A stretch of DNA of 32,000 nt from Crocosphaera subtropica ATCC 51142 (GCF_000017845.1 NC_010546.1:630001-662000); one strand, 5' to 3'; counted from the stretch's first letter, positions 9,006 through 17,692 are shown. The notes: generated by a model from the letters alone, not told the origin. Numbers and translations are program-made.

Positions 9006-10366
9006 CGTGTAGATTTAACCACTAAAATGCCAAGTTAGGAAACTTCTAAGTTTAAAATTATCAAAATTTCTAAAACCATAACCTCTTCTTTTAATCAGCT
9101 TTAATTTGTTATTAATTCCCTCCACAACACCGCTATTTGTTCTCTCGTCAAAGTAAGCAATGATTTCTCCCATCCAACGTCTAATGGTTCCGAAGCTTTT
9201 AGGATAAACTGTATGAGCCTCTGCACACCAATCCGCTAGTTCAAACAGTCCTGATATCCAATCAATATTTTCATCAAAAACCTTTCTAAATTTCTCTTTT
9301 AGAAGGTGCATCTTTGAAAGAATAGGTACAGTTTTATAGATTTCTTCTAATTTCTCTTTTTGTTGGTCGCTTAAATCTTCTTCATTTTTAAGTAAAGCAT
9401 ATTTACTCTTATTTAATCCTGAAAGTAATTGTTTTTTTTCTGGAGAATCCTTTAAAGCAATTGCTTCTCTTTTTGACTTTTTTCTTTGAGCATCTAACTC
9501 ATCGGTAACTTGCTTCATTACATGGAATCTATCAGCCACTATTTCGGCTTGTGGCATTAATTTTTTAGCCACTTTTTTATAAGGTTGCCAAAAGTCTATA
9601 CTAACTTCAACTATCTGTCTTAAAACCTCTTCTCCCCAAGCTTCTAGATATTTTGAGACTTCCTCTTCTGTTCGTTTTTCTATCAGTCCTATAATCACTC
9701 CTTTATCCAAATCTACTAAAACTACATAATACTTTCCTTGTCCTTTAACTACAGCAATCTCATCTATGCCTAATCGTCTTAATTTCTGTGGTTTCTTCTT
9801 CCCTAATTCTTGACCTATATCCTTTAGCATCGTTTCTATCTCTTGTTCACTTACTCCATTTCTTTGTGCTACGTTTTTAATATCGCCATTTAAAACTTCT
9901 GCGACAATTTTCTTCTTCAATCTTTCGGTGTAAGTTCTCTTTTTCTTGATATCTTTCAATTCTTCTGTGAATTTCTTTTGACATTTTTCACATCTCATTT
10001 GACGACGATTTATTTTGAGGTAAACATCTTGCTCTCCCCAAGATAAATCTCTGATAGTTAGTTCATTATTTTGATGTAGTTTTCTAGTGACAGAACCACA
10101 GTATATACAAGTTGTTTTTTTATCTACTTTCTCTAATGACAAAACTATTCCCATTCCCTTGATTAACTGATAATCCATAACAGTAAATCCTTCTAATTGA
10201 AGAATATTTGTCATTAAGTTTAGTTGAGAATTTGACGGCATTAGTGTAACTTAACTTAAAATAGCATTCTTTTTCTAATACCTATTCAACCATCAAATAT
10301 CCTTAAAAGCAACCCTGACAAAGCTTTTGGCTATTATTCTCTTGTCTTTATGCTTTCAAAAACACG
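9006..10366 (-). mobile_element. ISL3-family insertion sequence (ends approximate)
   Basis: It carries a single intact ISL3 transposase gene. Both candidate termini carry CGTGT (9006-9010, and ACACG at 10362-10366). The element fills the whole gap between two convergent stop codons (9003-9005 and 10370-10372). The ~1.36 kb size fits ISL3. Confidence 0.7.
9015..10241 (-). CDS. ISL3 family transposase
   Basis: 408 aa with an N-terminal zinc-finger pair (CIYCGS ... CEKCQKKF). The ISL3 DDE region shows [41 protein letters not shown] and [25 protein letters not shown]. Confidence 0.92.
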   Translation of the reverse strand: MPSNSQLNLMTNILQLEGFTVMDYQLIKGMGIVLSLEKVDKKTTCIYCGSVTRKLHQNNELTIRDLSWGEQDVYLKINRRQMRCEKCQKKFTEELKDIKKKRTYTERLKKKIVAEVLNGDIKNVAQRNGVSEQEIETMLKDIGQELGKKKPQKLRRLGIDEIAVVKGQGKYYVVLVDLDKGVIIGLIEKRTEEEVSKYLEAWGEEVLRQIVEVSIDFWQPYKKVAKKLMPQAEIVADRFHVMKQVTDELDAQRKKSKREAIALKDSPEKKQLLSGLNKSKYALLKNEEDLSDQQKEKLEEIYKTVPILSKMHLLKEKFRKVFDENIDWISGLFELADWCAEAHTVYPKSFGTIRRWMGEIIAYFDERTNSGVVEGINNKLKLIKRRGYGFRNFDNFKLRSFLTWHFSG

Positions 10367-10369
10367 TTT

Positions 10370-12442
10370 TTATTTTTTTAATTTACATGACAAGTTCGGT
10401 AGAACCACTATTCCTTGTTCTTTCCATTCTTCGGGGGTGCTATTCTTGCGATTAAGATTAACTTGAGCAAAATCACTTTCTTTGACAAAATTACTTAATT
10501 CAGGTTGTTGCCAAACTTCAGAGAGGGAAGTTTCACATATATATAGAAGTCGTCTAGCACGAGTAATGGCAACATAAAGTAAATTAAACTCTAGTGCTAA
10601 TTCAGGAATTTCTGTCTCTTTTAACTGGCGTTTAGGATTTAGTTTTTTATCCCATAAATTTTGTTTTTCTACAAAAAAATCAATTAAAAACACAGTATCA
10701 AATTCTAATCCTTTTGCTTCTTCTACTGTAAAAATGCGCTTTGAATTAAATGCTGCTTGTAGTTCTTTTTTCTGTTCTTCAGTTTTAACAATAATACCTT
10801 CCCCTGCTTTAATCTCTTGTAAAATATTAGATATTTTTGAAAAAGGATGTTTAATTAATCCTGTAAGTTCCCCTGAATTTCTTCCCTCAATAGTTGCTAG
10901 TGTATCTCTTTCATCAAGGAAGCGATCGCGTAATTTTAATAATTGATGTGATAAATTAGCTAAAGATTTAATATTGCGAAAATTAAGAGTTAAATTATTA
11001 AGTTTTTCACATTCAAAATCCAAATTATAAAGATTTACTGTTAAATCTTCCCAACGAAACCCACTGGGACTAATCATTTGATTGAGATCACCAGCAAAGA
11101 TTAATTGACTATCTTTTTTAGACATTTCAACAAGTAACCTAATTTGAATTTCTGCGAAATCTTGAACTTCATCACAAATCACGAGGTTATATTGTTTAAA
11201 CTTATTATCTCGAATTATTTTAAGTGCTTCTCTAGTTAAATCTATTTCGTCATAATACTCTATTGGTCGTTTTTTTTTGTCTTTTTTCTTTGTCTTTTTT
11301 TTGTCTTTTTCTTGGCTCAGTGTTTTCTGATACCAGCAAGCTAAGTTATGAATTTCTGGTCTTTCTTCACATGAGATCACATGAGAGCGATTTTTTCCCT
11401 TATTTTTATAGTCTTCTAAACTCAATAAAGGTGATTCAGTCTCAAGATGAGAACCTTTGATAACTCCTCTAATTTCTTCCCAAATAAAATAAGCAGGATA
11501 ACCTTTTTTATGATACGTTTTCTCCTCATATTTTTTCTCAAATTTATTGTAGTTTAATTTTTCTCTATCGTTTAGAAACTCTGAGTTTGAATTATTAATT
11601 CTATTTTCGCATAACTCCTCAATGGTTTGAAATTGAATAATATCAAAAATTTCTTGTGAATCAATTTTAAATTCATCTAATCTAATTAAACGTTCAAACT
11701 GTTTTTTGACCTCTTGTACTAAAACAGGATTATAAGCAATATATAAAGCTTTTCCTTCCTTCTCATCATTTAAACGTTGTTTTGCCCAATTTAAAAGACG
11801 ATACAATCCAATGGTTGTTTTTCCTGTTCCTGCACTTCCAGAAATTAATAAAGTTTCTGTTTTTTCAACTAATTCTTTTTCTTGTAGCGTTAGTAAATAA
11901 GGTAAATCTGCACTATTTTCAATAATTGCTTTTTCCCATTGTTCTCTAGTTTCTAAAACCTTATAATTCGTATTATCAAGTGAACTTAAAAAGTCGTCTG
12001 GAAGATTTAAGTCTTCTTCTATTGCTATTTCTATGTTATATTTTTCTTCCTCATCTAAAGAACAATAATTTTGCTCTAAATCGCCGATTATTTTTTCTAT
12101 ATCTGTCCTATCTAATAATGCTATATCGTCATTTTTGGTTCTCGCTCTTCTTGCCTGCCTTACAACATCATCATGATCTAAACAAATATCTTGAACAATC
12201 ATATACTGTCGCCCATAAGTATAAACTAAACGACTCCCTCTATTAATTCTAGCTTCCCAAATATTTTGCCCAATTCCATTAAGTTTTTTAGCCCTTAATC
12301 CGCCATCAAATTGCCTTCTATCAATTTTTTCGATACACTCCCATATTCTTTTTTGTAAAATTTTATCATTACAGTCTCTTAAAAATTTTTCAACGTCTGA
12401 ATGTATTTGTATCGATATATTCTGATTAGTCATAAAAAGCAT
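10370..12442 (-). CDS. UvrD/Rep-type SF1 helicase with RelE/ParE-like N-terminal domain
   Basis: Helicase motifs are Walker A GSAGTGKTT (11813-11839), motif II VICDEVQD, III FAGDLNQ, IV LNFRN, V EEAKGLEFDTVFL and VI LLYVAITRARRLLYI. N-terminal residues ~45-95 read KKLNGIGQNIWEARINRGSRLVYTY..MIVQDICLDHDDV, the RelE/ParE toxin-fold signature. The gene is noticeably AT-rich. Confidence 0.8.
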   Translation of the reverse strand: MLFMTNQNISIQIHSDVEKFLRDCNDKILQKRIWECIEKIDRRQFDGGLRAKKLNGIGQNIWEARINRGSRLVYTYGRQYMIVQDICLDHDDVVRQARRARTKNDDIALLDRTDIEKIIGDLEQNYCSLDEEEKYNIEIAIEEDLNLPDDFLSSLDNTNYKVLETREQWEKAIIENSADLPYLLTLQEKELVEKTETLLISGSAGTGKTTIGLYRLLNWAKQRLNDEKEGKALYIAYNPVLVQEVKKQFERLIRLDEFKIDSQEIFDIIQFQTIEELCENRINNSNSEFLNDREKLNYNKFEKKYEEKTYHKKGYPAYFIWEEIRGVIKGSHLETESPLLSLEDYKNKGKNRSHVISCEERPEIHNLACWYQKTLSQEKDKKKTKKKDKKKRPIEYYDEIDLTREALKIIRDNKFKQYNLVICDEVQDFAEIQIRLLVEMSKKDSQLIFAGDLNQMISPSGFRWEDLTVNLYNLDFECEKLNNLTLNFRNIKSLANLSHQLLKLRDRFLDERDTLATIEGRNSGELTGLIKHPFSKISNILQEIKAGEGIIVKTEEQKKELQAAFNSKRIFTVEEAKGLEFDTVFLIDFFVEKQNLWDKKLNPKRQLKETEIPELALEFNLLYVAITRARRLLYICETSLSEVWQQPELSNFVKESDFAQVNLNRKNSTPEEWKEQGIVVLPNLSCKLKK
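10922..10929. repeat. HIP1 palindrome GCGATCGC
   Basis: Exact 8-mer, located inside the helicase gene. Confidence 0.95.
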
Positions 12443-12519
12443 CTGAACCCATATAGGTTAAGATTCCCAAAACCTTTCTTAAACTAACAGACTTCTAATT
12501 TACTCTAAATTTAAACAAC

Positions 12520-12547
12520 AAAAAAGCACCCCCAAACTTGGGAGTGC
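12520..12547 (-). terminator. Rho-independent terminator of psbA
   Basis: The minus strand reads GCACTCCCAA-gt-TTGGGGGTGC followed by TTTTTT. The stem spans 12526-12547 and the T-run 12520-12525. Confidence 0.8.
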
Positions 12548-12579
12548 TTTCTTGTATTATTTAGTTGTTATCAAAGGAA

Positions 12580-13650
12580 TTAACCATTGATTACAGGAGC
12601 AGATACAGGCTCAGCAGAAGCTAAGTCTAAGGGGAAGTTGTGAGCGTTACGCTCGTGCATTACTTCCATTCCGATTCCTGCACGGTTTAATACATCAGCC
12701 CAGGTTCCGATTACACGGCCTTGAGAATCAAGGATAGACTGGTTGAAGTTAAATCCGTTTAAGTTGAAAGCCATGGTGGATACACCCATTGCGGTGAACC
12801 AGATACCGATTACAGGCCATGCACCTAAGAAGAAGTGTAAAGCACGGCTGTTGTTGAAGGATGCGTATTGGAAGATTAAACGACCAAAGTAACCGTGAGC
12901 AGCTACGATGTTGTAGGTTTCTTCTTCTTGTCCGAACTTGTAACCGTAGTTTTGAGACTCGATTTCAGTGGTTTCACGAACTAAAGAAGAGGTTACTAAG
13001 GAACCGTGCATAGCGGAGAATAAAGATCCACCGAATACACCAGCAACACCCAACATATGGAAGGGGTGCATCAAGATGTTGTGTTCAGCTTGGAACACGA
13101 ACATGAAGTTGAAGGTTCCGGAGATTCCTAAAGGCATACCATCAGAGAAAGAACCTTGTCCGATGGGGTAGATTAAGAATACTGCGGTCGCTGCGGATAC
13201 AGGTGCAGAGTAGGCAACACAGATCCAAGGACGCATTCCTAAACGGTAGGAAAGTTCCCACTGACGACCCATGTAGCAAAAGATTCCAATTAAGAAGTGG
13301 AAAATTACTAACTGGTAAGGACCGCCATTGTAAAGCCACTCATCAAGTGAAGCAGCTTCCCAGATGGGATAGAAGTGTAAACCGATAGCATTAGAAGAAG
13401 GTACGACTGCACCGGAAACGATGTTGTTTCCGTAGAGTAAAGAACCAGCTACAGGCTCACGGATACCATCGATGTCCACAGGAGGAGCAGCGATGAAAGC
13501 AATGATGAAACAGGTGGTAGCAGTTAAGAGGGTGGGGATCATTAAGGTACCGAACCAACCGACATAGATGCGGTTGTTGGTGCTGGTCACCCACTGACAA
13601 AACTGTTCCCACAAGGAAACGCTCTCGCGTTGTTGTAAGGTAGTAGTCAT
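12580..13650 (-). CDS. psbA: Photosystem II reaction-centre protein D1
   Basis: Near-invariant D1 sequence ([10 protein letters not shown]...[23 protein letters not shown]...[13 protein letters not shown]). All Mn4Ca ligand positions are present (D170, E189, H332, E333, H337, D342, A344). Residue 130 is Gln. The C-terminal extension after A344 is 12 aa. Confidence 0.98.
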   Translation of the reverse strand: MTTTLQQRESVSLWEQFCQWVTSTNNRIYVGWFGTLMIPTLLTATTCFIIAFIAAPPVDIDGIREPVAGSLLYGNNIVSGAVVPSSNAIGLHFYPIWEAASLDEWLYNGGPYQLVIFHFLIGIFCYMGRQWELSYRLGMRPWICVAYSAPVSAATAVFLIYPIGQGSFSDGMPLGISGTFNFMFVFQAEHNILMHPFHMLGVAGVFGGSLFSAMHGSLVTSSLVRETTEIESQNYGYKFGQEEETYNIVAAHGYFGRLIFQYASFNNSRALHFFLGAWPVIGIWFTAMGVSTMAFNLNGFNFNQSILDSQGRVIGTWADVLNRAGIGMEVMHERNAHNFPLDLASAEPVSAPVING

Positions 13651-13739
13651 AGTTGGTATAATTCCTATTCGTTTTTCAAGGTACGAATGATTTAGGCTTT
13701 TTTGCCTTTTGGCGTTTGCCTTTTGTTATGTATGTTTCT

Positions 13740-13768
13740 ATATTAACGAATCTGTAACGGTTTGTAAA
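13740..13768 (-). promoter_or_regulatory. Putative sigma70-type psbA promoter
   Basis: The minus strand has TTTACA (13768-13763), a 17-nt spacer, then TAATAT (13745-13740). This predicts a 5' UTR of roughly 80 nt. Confidence 0.55.
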
Positions 13769-13859
13769 GGGCTGTAACGAAAGAAATACTTATATTGGGT
13801 ATAAATACAGTTTATAATTAGGTAACTTCATAGGGATCAATAAGTTGCCAGGTAGGAAC

Positions 13860-14060
13860 TTAGGGAGATTCTTGCTCAATAATCTGCCAACTGGCTGAAA
13901 CAACACCTGATTCTAAACTCAAGCGACTAACGATTTGTTCTAAGAAAGCATCGTCACGTTTTTGGGTAATGAGTTGGGCTTTAATACTATGTCGGTCTGG
14001 AGTATCTTGAAGAGATTCACTTAATAGCGATCGCAACTGCATTGTATTACTACTACTGAA
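13860..14060 (-). pseudogene. C-terminal fragment of an MgtC/SapB-family gene (3' exon flank of the intron)
   Basis: The frame is open from the predicted intron 3' end (14061) to the stop at 13860. It encodes FSSSNTMQLRSLLSESL...KAQLITQKRDDAFLEQIVSRLSLESGVVSASWQIIEQESP, which resembles the C-terminal ACT-like domain of long MgtC proteins. No membrane domain precedes it. Confidence 0.55.
14027..14034. repeat. HIP1 palindrome GCGATCGC
   Basis: Exact 8-mer read in the sequence. Confidence 0.95.
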
Positions 14061-14100
14061 GTAAAGTCAGTGAAGAGGTCGCCCCCTCCACTGCTCTCCA

Positions 14101-14134
14101 AAACCGTACATGATACTTTCGTATCATACGGCTC
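14101..14134 (-). ncRNA. Group II intron domain V
   Basis: The minus strand reads GAGCCGUAUGAUACGAAAGUAUCAUGUACGGUUU. This is a 34-nt hairpin with the AGC catalytic triad, a 2-nt bulge and a GAAA tetraloop, a near-consensus domain V. Confidence 0.9.
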
Positions 14135-14156
14135 CTCAGTAGAACGGCTATTGTCA

Positions 14157-15980
14157 TTAGTACGTCGTCACAAGCATATCGTTTATCCATCTGTAGTTCG
14201 ATGGGATGTTAGATAGTTGTTTTGGTATGACACTATTACAGTCAGTTTTGTTACCAGACCTTTTCAGACTTCCGTCTGTTCGGGTCTTTTTGTCATGGCA
14301 GTGTCGATGGAGAAGTTGCCAATTTTTGTATTCATCTTTTCCGCCTTTCGACTTAGGGATGATATGGTCTAACTCTATGATGTCTCCATCTTTAAAGAAC
14401 AATCCGCAGTGGGTACATTTCCCTTTTTGCTTTTTGAGCATCGATGCTGTTCGCTTAGGCATCTCAGGATGTTTACCCATTCTTGTACTCCAGTAAACTA
14501 GGTTGCCGTCGTAGGGACTTGTTTCTCCTTTGACTTTTGCGTATTTTTGGCTCTTAAAGGAGCCGTATTCAGCAAGTGTATATGGATTGTTGTCACTTCT
14601 TGTAGCGAATACCCAGTTTTTATTCCCTATTGTTTGCCAATACTTTTTGATCCAGTATTCGCCTTTATTGGGATGTCTTCTCTTTGCCCATCTTCTGAGT
14701 TTCCAGTATATTCGATAATCCATTCGGTGAAATACCTTTGATGGACATCCAATTGAAAAGTAATTACACCATCCTTTTATTATAGGGTTAAGGTTTTTGA
14801 TTAGAATAGCCTGTGGTTGGGCTTTATGCCTATCAATTACCTCTTTTATTTTGGCGTAATGTATTTTCTGGCTTTCTTTTGACGGGGTTATGATTGTAGA
14901 AAATCCTAAAACCTTGCCATTTGTGTTCTTACCAGAGGTATGTTTTCCTGACTTGAATTGTCGGATATTAAAGCCAAGAAAGTTAAATCCTGGTTTTTCT
15001 CCTTCATATTCTTGCAGTGTATGGATTAATCTGGTTTTACTAGGTTTTATCTCTAGTCCCATGCCTATTAACCATTCAGAGATTATCTCTCTGCATCTTT
15101 GGACGATGGTAAGATTTTCGTGGATGATTACGAAATCGTCGGCGTATCGTATTAGGCTAATTGACTTTCGTCTGGCTGAAATGCTAATAAGATGTCCTTT
15201 TTCATTTCTCCAGTCTATATCTTTTGCCATTTCTTTTATCCGACTTTCCATACCATGTAAGGCAATATTAGCCAGTAGAGGGGATATAACTCCGCCTTGT
15301 GGTGTACCTTCAGATGTTGGGAACAACTTTTTCCCATCCATTACATCAGCTTTTAGCCAAGCTCGGATTTGTTTCCGTAGGGTAGGATAGGTATTTATTT
15401 TTTCTAAAAGTCGTTCATGGTCGATTTTATCGAAGCATTTGGCTATATCAGCGTCTAGCACATATTTGGGCTTAAGTCTGATTGCGCTGAATATTGCTCC
15501 GATGGCATCATGGCATGAGCGTCCTGGTCTGAACCCGTATGAGTTAGGCTCAAATTTGGCTTCCCATTCTGGCTCTAGAGCCATCTTGACAAGTCCCTGC
15601 AATGCTCGGTCTTTCATGGTAGGTATTCCTAAAGGTCGCTTTTCATCCCTCCCAGGTTTCGGAATCCATACTCTCCGAGTGGGCTTGACCTTTGTACCCA
15701 GTTTTAGTTTATTTACCAGTAAGAGACGTTGCTTTGGGGTTAGTGATTTAACACCATCCACACCTGCCGTCTTCTTTCCTTGGTTATCCTGAGTAACCCG
15801 ACGCACCGCTAAACATTTTGCAGCCCAGGATTTTGTGAGAAGTTTTTGGAGTCTGCGAACTGTCTTGACATCTCCACGACTAGACGCTCTGTAAATCCGC
15901 TTTTGCAACTTGAACGTTTCCCGTTCTAACTTTCGCCAGGGGATTTTGTTCCATTTATACATCGGTGATTCCGTGTTCAT
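14157..15980 (-). CDS. ltrA: Group II intron reverse transcriptase / maturase with C-terminal HNH endonuclease
   Basis: 607 aa. RT motifs are RRVWIPKPGRDEKRPLGIPTMKDRALQ, LDADIAKCFD, GTPQGGVISPLLANIAL and RYADDFVI. A maturase X region follows, then an HNH domain (CTHCGLFF...ELDHIIPKSKGGKDEYKNWQLLHRHCH). Confidence 0.95.
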   Translation of the reverse strand: MNTESPMYKWNKIPWRKLERETFKLQKRIYRASSRGDVKTVRRLQKLLTKSWAAKCLAVRRVTQDNQGKKTAGVDGVKSLTPKQRLLLVNKLKLGTKVKPTRRVWIPKPGRDEKRPLGIPTMKDRALQGLVKMALEPEWEAKFEPNSYGFRPGRSCHDAIGAIFSAIRLKPKYVLDADIAKCFDKIDHERLLEKINTYPTLRKQIRAWLKADVMDGKKLFPTSEGTPQGGVISPLLANIALHGMESRIKEMAKDIDWRNEKGHLISISARRKSISLIRYADDFVIIHENLTIVQRCREIISEWLIGMGLEIKPSKTRLIHTLQEYEGEKPGFNFLGFNIRQFKSGKHTSGKNTNGKVLGFSTIITPSKESQKIHYAKIKEVIDRHKAQPQAILIKNLNPIIKGWCNYFSIGCPSKVFHRMDYRIYWKLRRWAKRRHPNKGEYWIKKYWQTIGNKNWVFATRSDNNPYTLAEYGSFKSQKYAKVKGETSPYDGNLVYWSTRMGKHPEMPKRTASMLKKQKGKCTHCGLFFKDGDIIELDHIIPKSKGGKDEYKNWQLLHRHCHDKKTRTDGSLKRSGNKTDCNSVIPKQLSNIPSNYRWINDMLVTTY

Positions 15981-16573
15981 AACTTATTCATTGCTACTTG
16001 TAGCTTTACTTTCCGTTTTTACCGTGAATCCGTCGGCATATCCTCATCATTACAATAAGGCGTTAGCTTCTGACTCAATCTCTCCCATCTATTACCTACC
16101 TGTTTGGTAGAATTTTCGTCTTAGCTGACTACTCAATCCTTCGACCTTGATTGAGAGTAATAGGTGGGTTACTTCGTTCCAAATAACCATTGGTTTGTTC
16201 CTTTAGGATGGTACTTTACGCCATTATTCGGGAGACACTTATCTGATTGAGACCTGACCTCTCAGATTCCCTTAGTTTTTGCCCTTTTGGGACTCCCAGT
16301 GTATCAGCCTGTTTCACTGGTTACGCATCAAGACGCTTCGGATGTACCTTTGTCTCCTATCCATAGGAACTTGCTTAGGTGGTATTGACTCTAGGCTGAG
16401 TTACCTTTACCCTTTCATCCCTGCTTCAAGGATTGATGGCTAGTCGCTACCTTGAGGGAAGTGCTTTCACTCCTGTGTCTGGAGGATTAGACATCTCCAA
16501 GAATCCATAACCCAGTTACAGCAATGAAAACAGGCAGATTAAACTTGAAGTCAAAATTAGCCTTCAGAACGAA

Positions 16574-17104
16574 TTAATAAGGGGTTGAAGGAATTAACTC
16601 TAATTTGGACATAAAACTATGGCTCATTATAACGTCAATTACCTCTCCAGATTGGGAGGATTCTATTATTTTCAAAATCAAGGAACTAATTCTCAACCGA
16701 ACTAATCCACAAACGGTTAACAAAACCGATTTATATCGACTCTTATGTAAGCGAAATCTTTCTTGAACTACTTTAAATACTTTGACAACTCGAATTAAAT
16801 GCTCAACAAAAATCCGATTAGATGATAAAGCTTTATTTTCTTTTATTTGAGCTTCAGTTAATTCTCTTTTCTTAGTTTTTTTATGCGGAGTGATAATTTG
16901 AGTCTCTCCAATGTAGGCTTTATCAGCACTAAAAGTTTGGTTTATCTTGAATTTATTTAAAGTTTGCCGACAGATGTTAATGTCACTTGTCGGCCCAGGT
17001 TTTCCAATTACTACATCAATAATATCTTCAGCTTTTGGCAAGACAACGAATTGACTTTTTAAAGTATGTCTTTTCTGCTTACCCTGTCTCTTGGTGCGCG
17101 TTCC
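16574..17104 (-). pseudogene. Transposase C-terminal part (DDE_Tnp_4)
   Basis: The frame is open from 17104. It reads ..GKQKRHTLKSQFVVLPKAEDIIDVVIGKPGPTSDINI...ADKAYIG...NRIFVEHLI, the second half of the DDE domain. Confidence 0.75.
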
Positions 17105-17618
17105 CTAGGCGATTACGAATCGCCGGGGTCGCACCGCAATAATATTTTTTTTGTTCTTGATAATCTGAAGGTCTTTCAATAGCCTGTTCTGCGCTGTCTA
17201 CAATCAATTCATAATCAGTTAACATTTCAAGAACTATTTCTTTTTCTTCTTGAAACTTTTTTATTTGTTCTAATAAACTTGGTGGTAACTCTCCTTCAAA
17301 AAGTGTTTGCCAATAAGTAAAAATATTATGAGCCGTTGACTCACTTACTTGAAAAAGTAGTCCTAAGAGTTGAAAACTTATATTATGTCTTAAATAAACT
17401 AACGTTAGAACAATTTGTTCTTCTTCTGCTAATAAAGATGGACTTCCCGCACCAGGTTGATTAATTCTAATTTTTGTTTTTTCGTTCTCTTCTTTTTTTT
17501 TCTGATGAAGAAGCTTCCCTAGAGCAATCAATTGTTCCAATTGATTGTCATCAATTCCTAATAATCTTTTGGTTTGTTTAGGATATTTTTTTAGATAGCT
17601 CCAAGTGTAAGTTTCCAT
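17079..17618 (-). pseudogene. Transposase N-terminal part (HTH_Tnp_4 plus first DDE Asp)
   Basis: It carries an HTH region (EEEQIVLTLVYLRHNISFQLLGLLFQVSESTAHNIF) and LIVDSAEQAIERP...QEQKKYY. It then runs into foreign GC-rich sequence and stops (..CGATPAIRNRLGNAHQETG*). Confidence 0.75.
17087..17138 (-). repeat. ~52-nt GC-rich palindromic insertion splitting the transposase
   Basis: The minus strand reads TGCGGTGCGACCCCGGCGATTCGTAATCGCCTAGGGAACGCGCACCAAGAGA. Nested stems are GGTGCG/CGCACC, CCC/GGG and GGCGATT/AATCGCC. Removing 17087-17138 joins ..KKYY in frame to QGKQKRHTLK. Confidence 0.65.
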
Positions 17619-17692
17619 TCTTTTTTGAACTAATTATTCATTTTATTATACTATATTTCTTGATTTTATTAAATTATGGAGATGTCTATTCC

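Larger units (their letters stand above)
14061..16483 (-). mobile_element. Group II intron (RT/maturase/HNH type), apparently 5'-truncated
   Basis: The IEP ORF is 14157-15980. Domain V lies 22 nt after the ORF stop, followed by a domain VI-like hairpin with a bulged A and a ...CUUUAC 3' end at 14061. Structured non-coding sequence of 503 nt lies upstream of the ORF (15981-16483). No GUGYG 5' end occurs before the IS boundary at 16484. Confidence 0.85.
16484..17692 (-). mobile_element. IS5/Harbinger-like (DDE_Tnp_4) insertion sequence, inactivated
   Basis: Terminal inverted repeats are GGATTAGACATCTCCAAGAAT (16484-16504) and the reverse complement of 17672-17692 (GGAATAGACATCTCCATAATT). They match at 17 of 21 positions, with a 12-bp perfect core TAGACATCTCCA. 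The transposase inside is split into two ORFs. Confidence 0.75.

Noticed and set aside
9006-10366. Precise inverted repeats and an 8-bp target duplication for the ISL3 element.
   Set aside because: Only a shared terminal CGTGT and patchy similarity (about 13 of 23 positions) could be aligned by eye, and no direct repeat flanks the candidate ends. The boundaries are therefore reported as approximate.
8574-12442. The DUF29-like gene and the helicase as a two-gene operon or system.
   Set aside because: The genes are convergent, tail to tail, and separated by an IS. Nothing supports co-transcription.
12580-13650. Whether this psbA encodes a divergent rogue or sentinel D1, as found in some diazotrophic unicellular cyanobacteria, given its location next to mobile elements.
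   Set aside because: All Mn4Ca-cluster ligands (D170, E189, H332, E333, H337, D342, A344) and the QB-site region are canonical, and residue 130 is Gln. The only oddity is a 12-aa rather than 16-aa C-terminal extension. It is a standard D1.
15910-16110. A 66-aa plus-strand ORF overlapping the intron ORF start and domain IV region.
   Set aside because: It is antisense to structured intron RNA, has no family resemblance and has no SD.
17127-17133. GUGCGAC at the start of the hairpin insert, on the same strand as the intron, read as the missing group II intron 5' end.
   Set aside because: The match is only 7 nt and lies about 650 nt away inside the IS ORF. It is followed by a simple palindrome rather than domain I structure. 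I treat it as coincidence unless sibling intron copies align here.
17041-17146. The two-ORF transposase as a programmed -1 frameshift, noting the A8 run at ~17146-17153.
   Set aside because: The protein sequence stays collinear with the conserved ..QEQKKYY motif through the A-run. The break occurs later, at a 52-nt GC-rich insertion with an in-frame stop. This is a disruption, not recoding.
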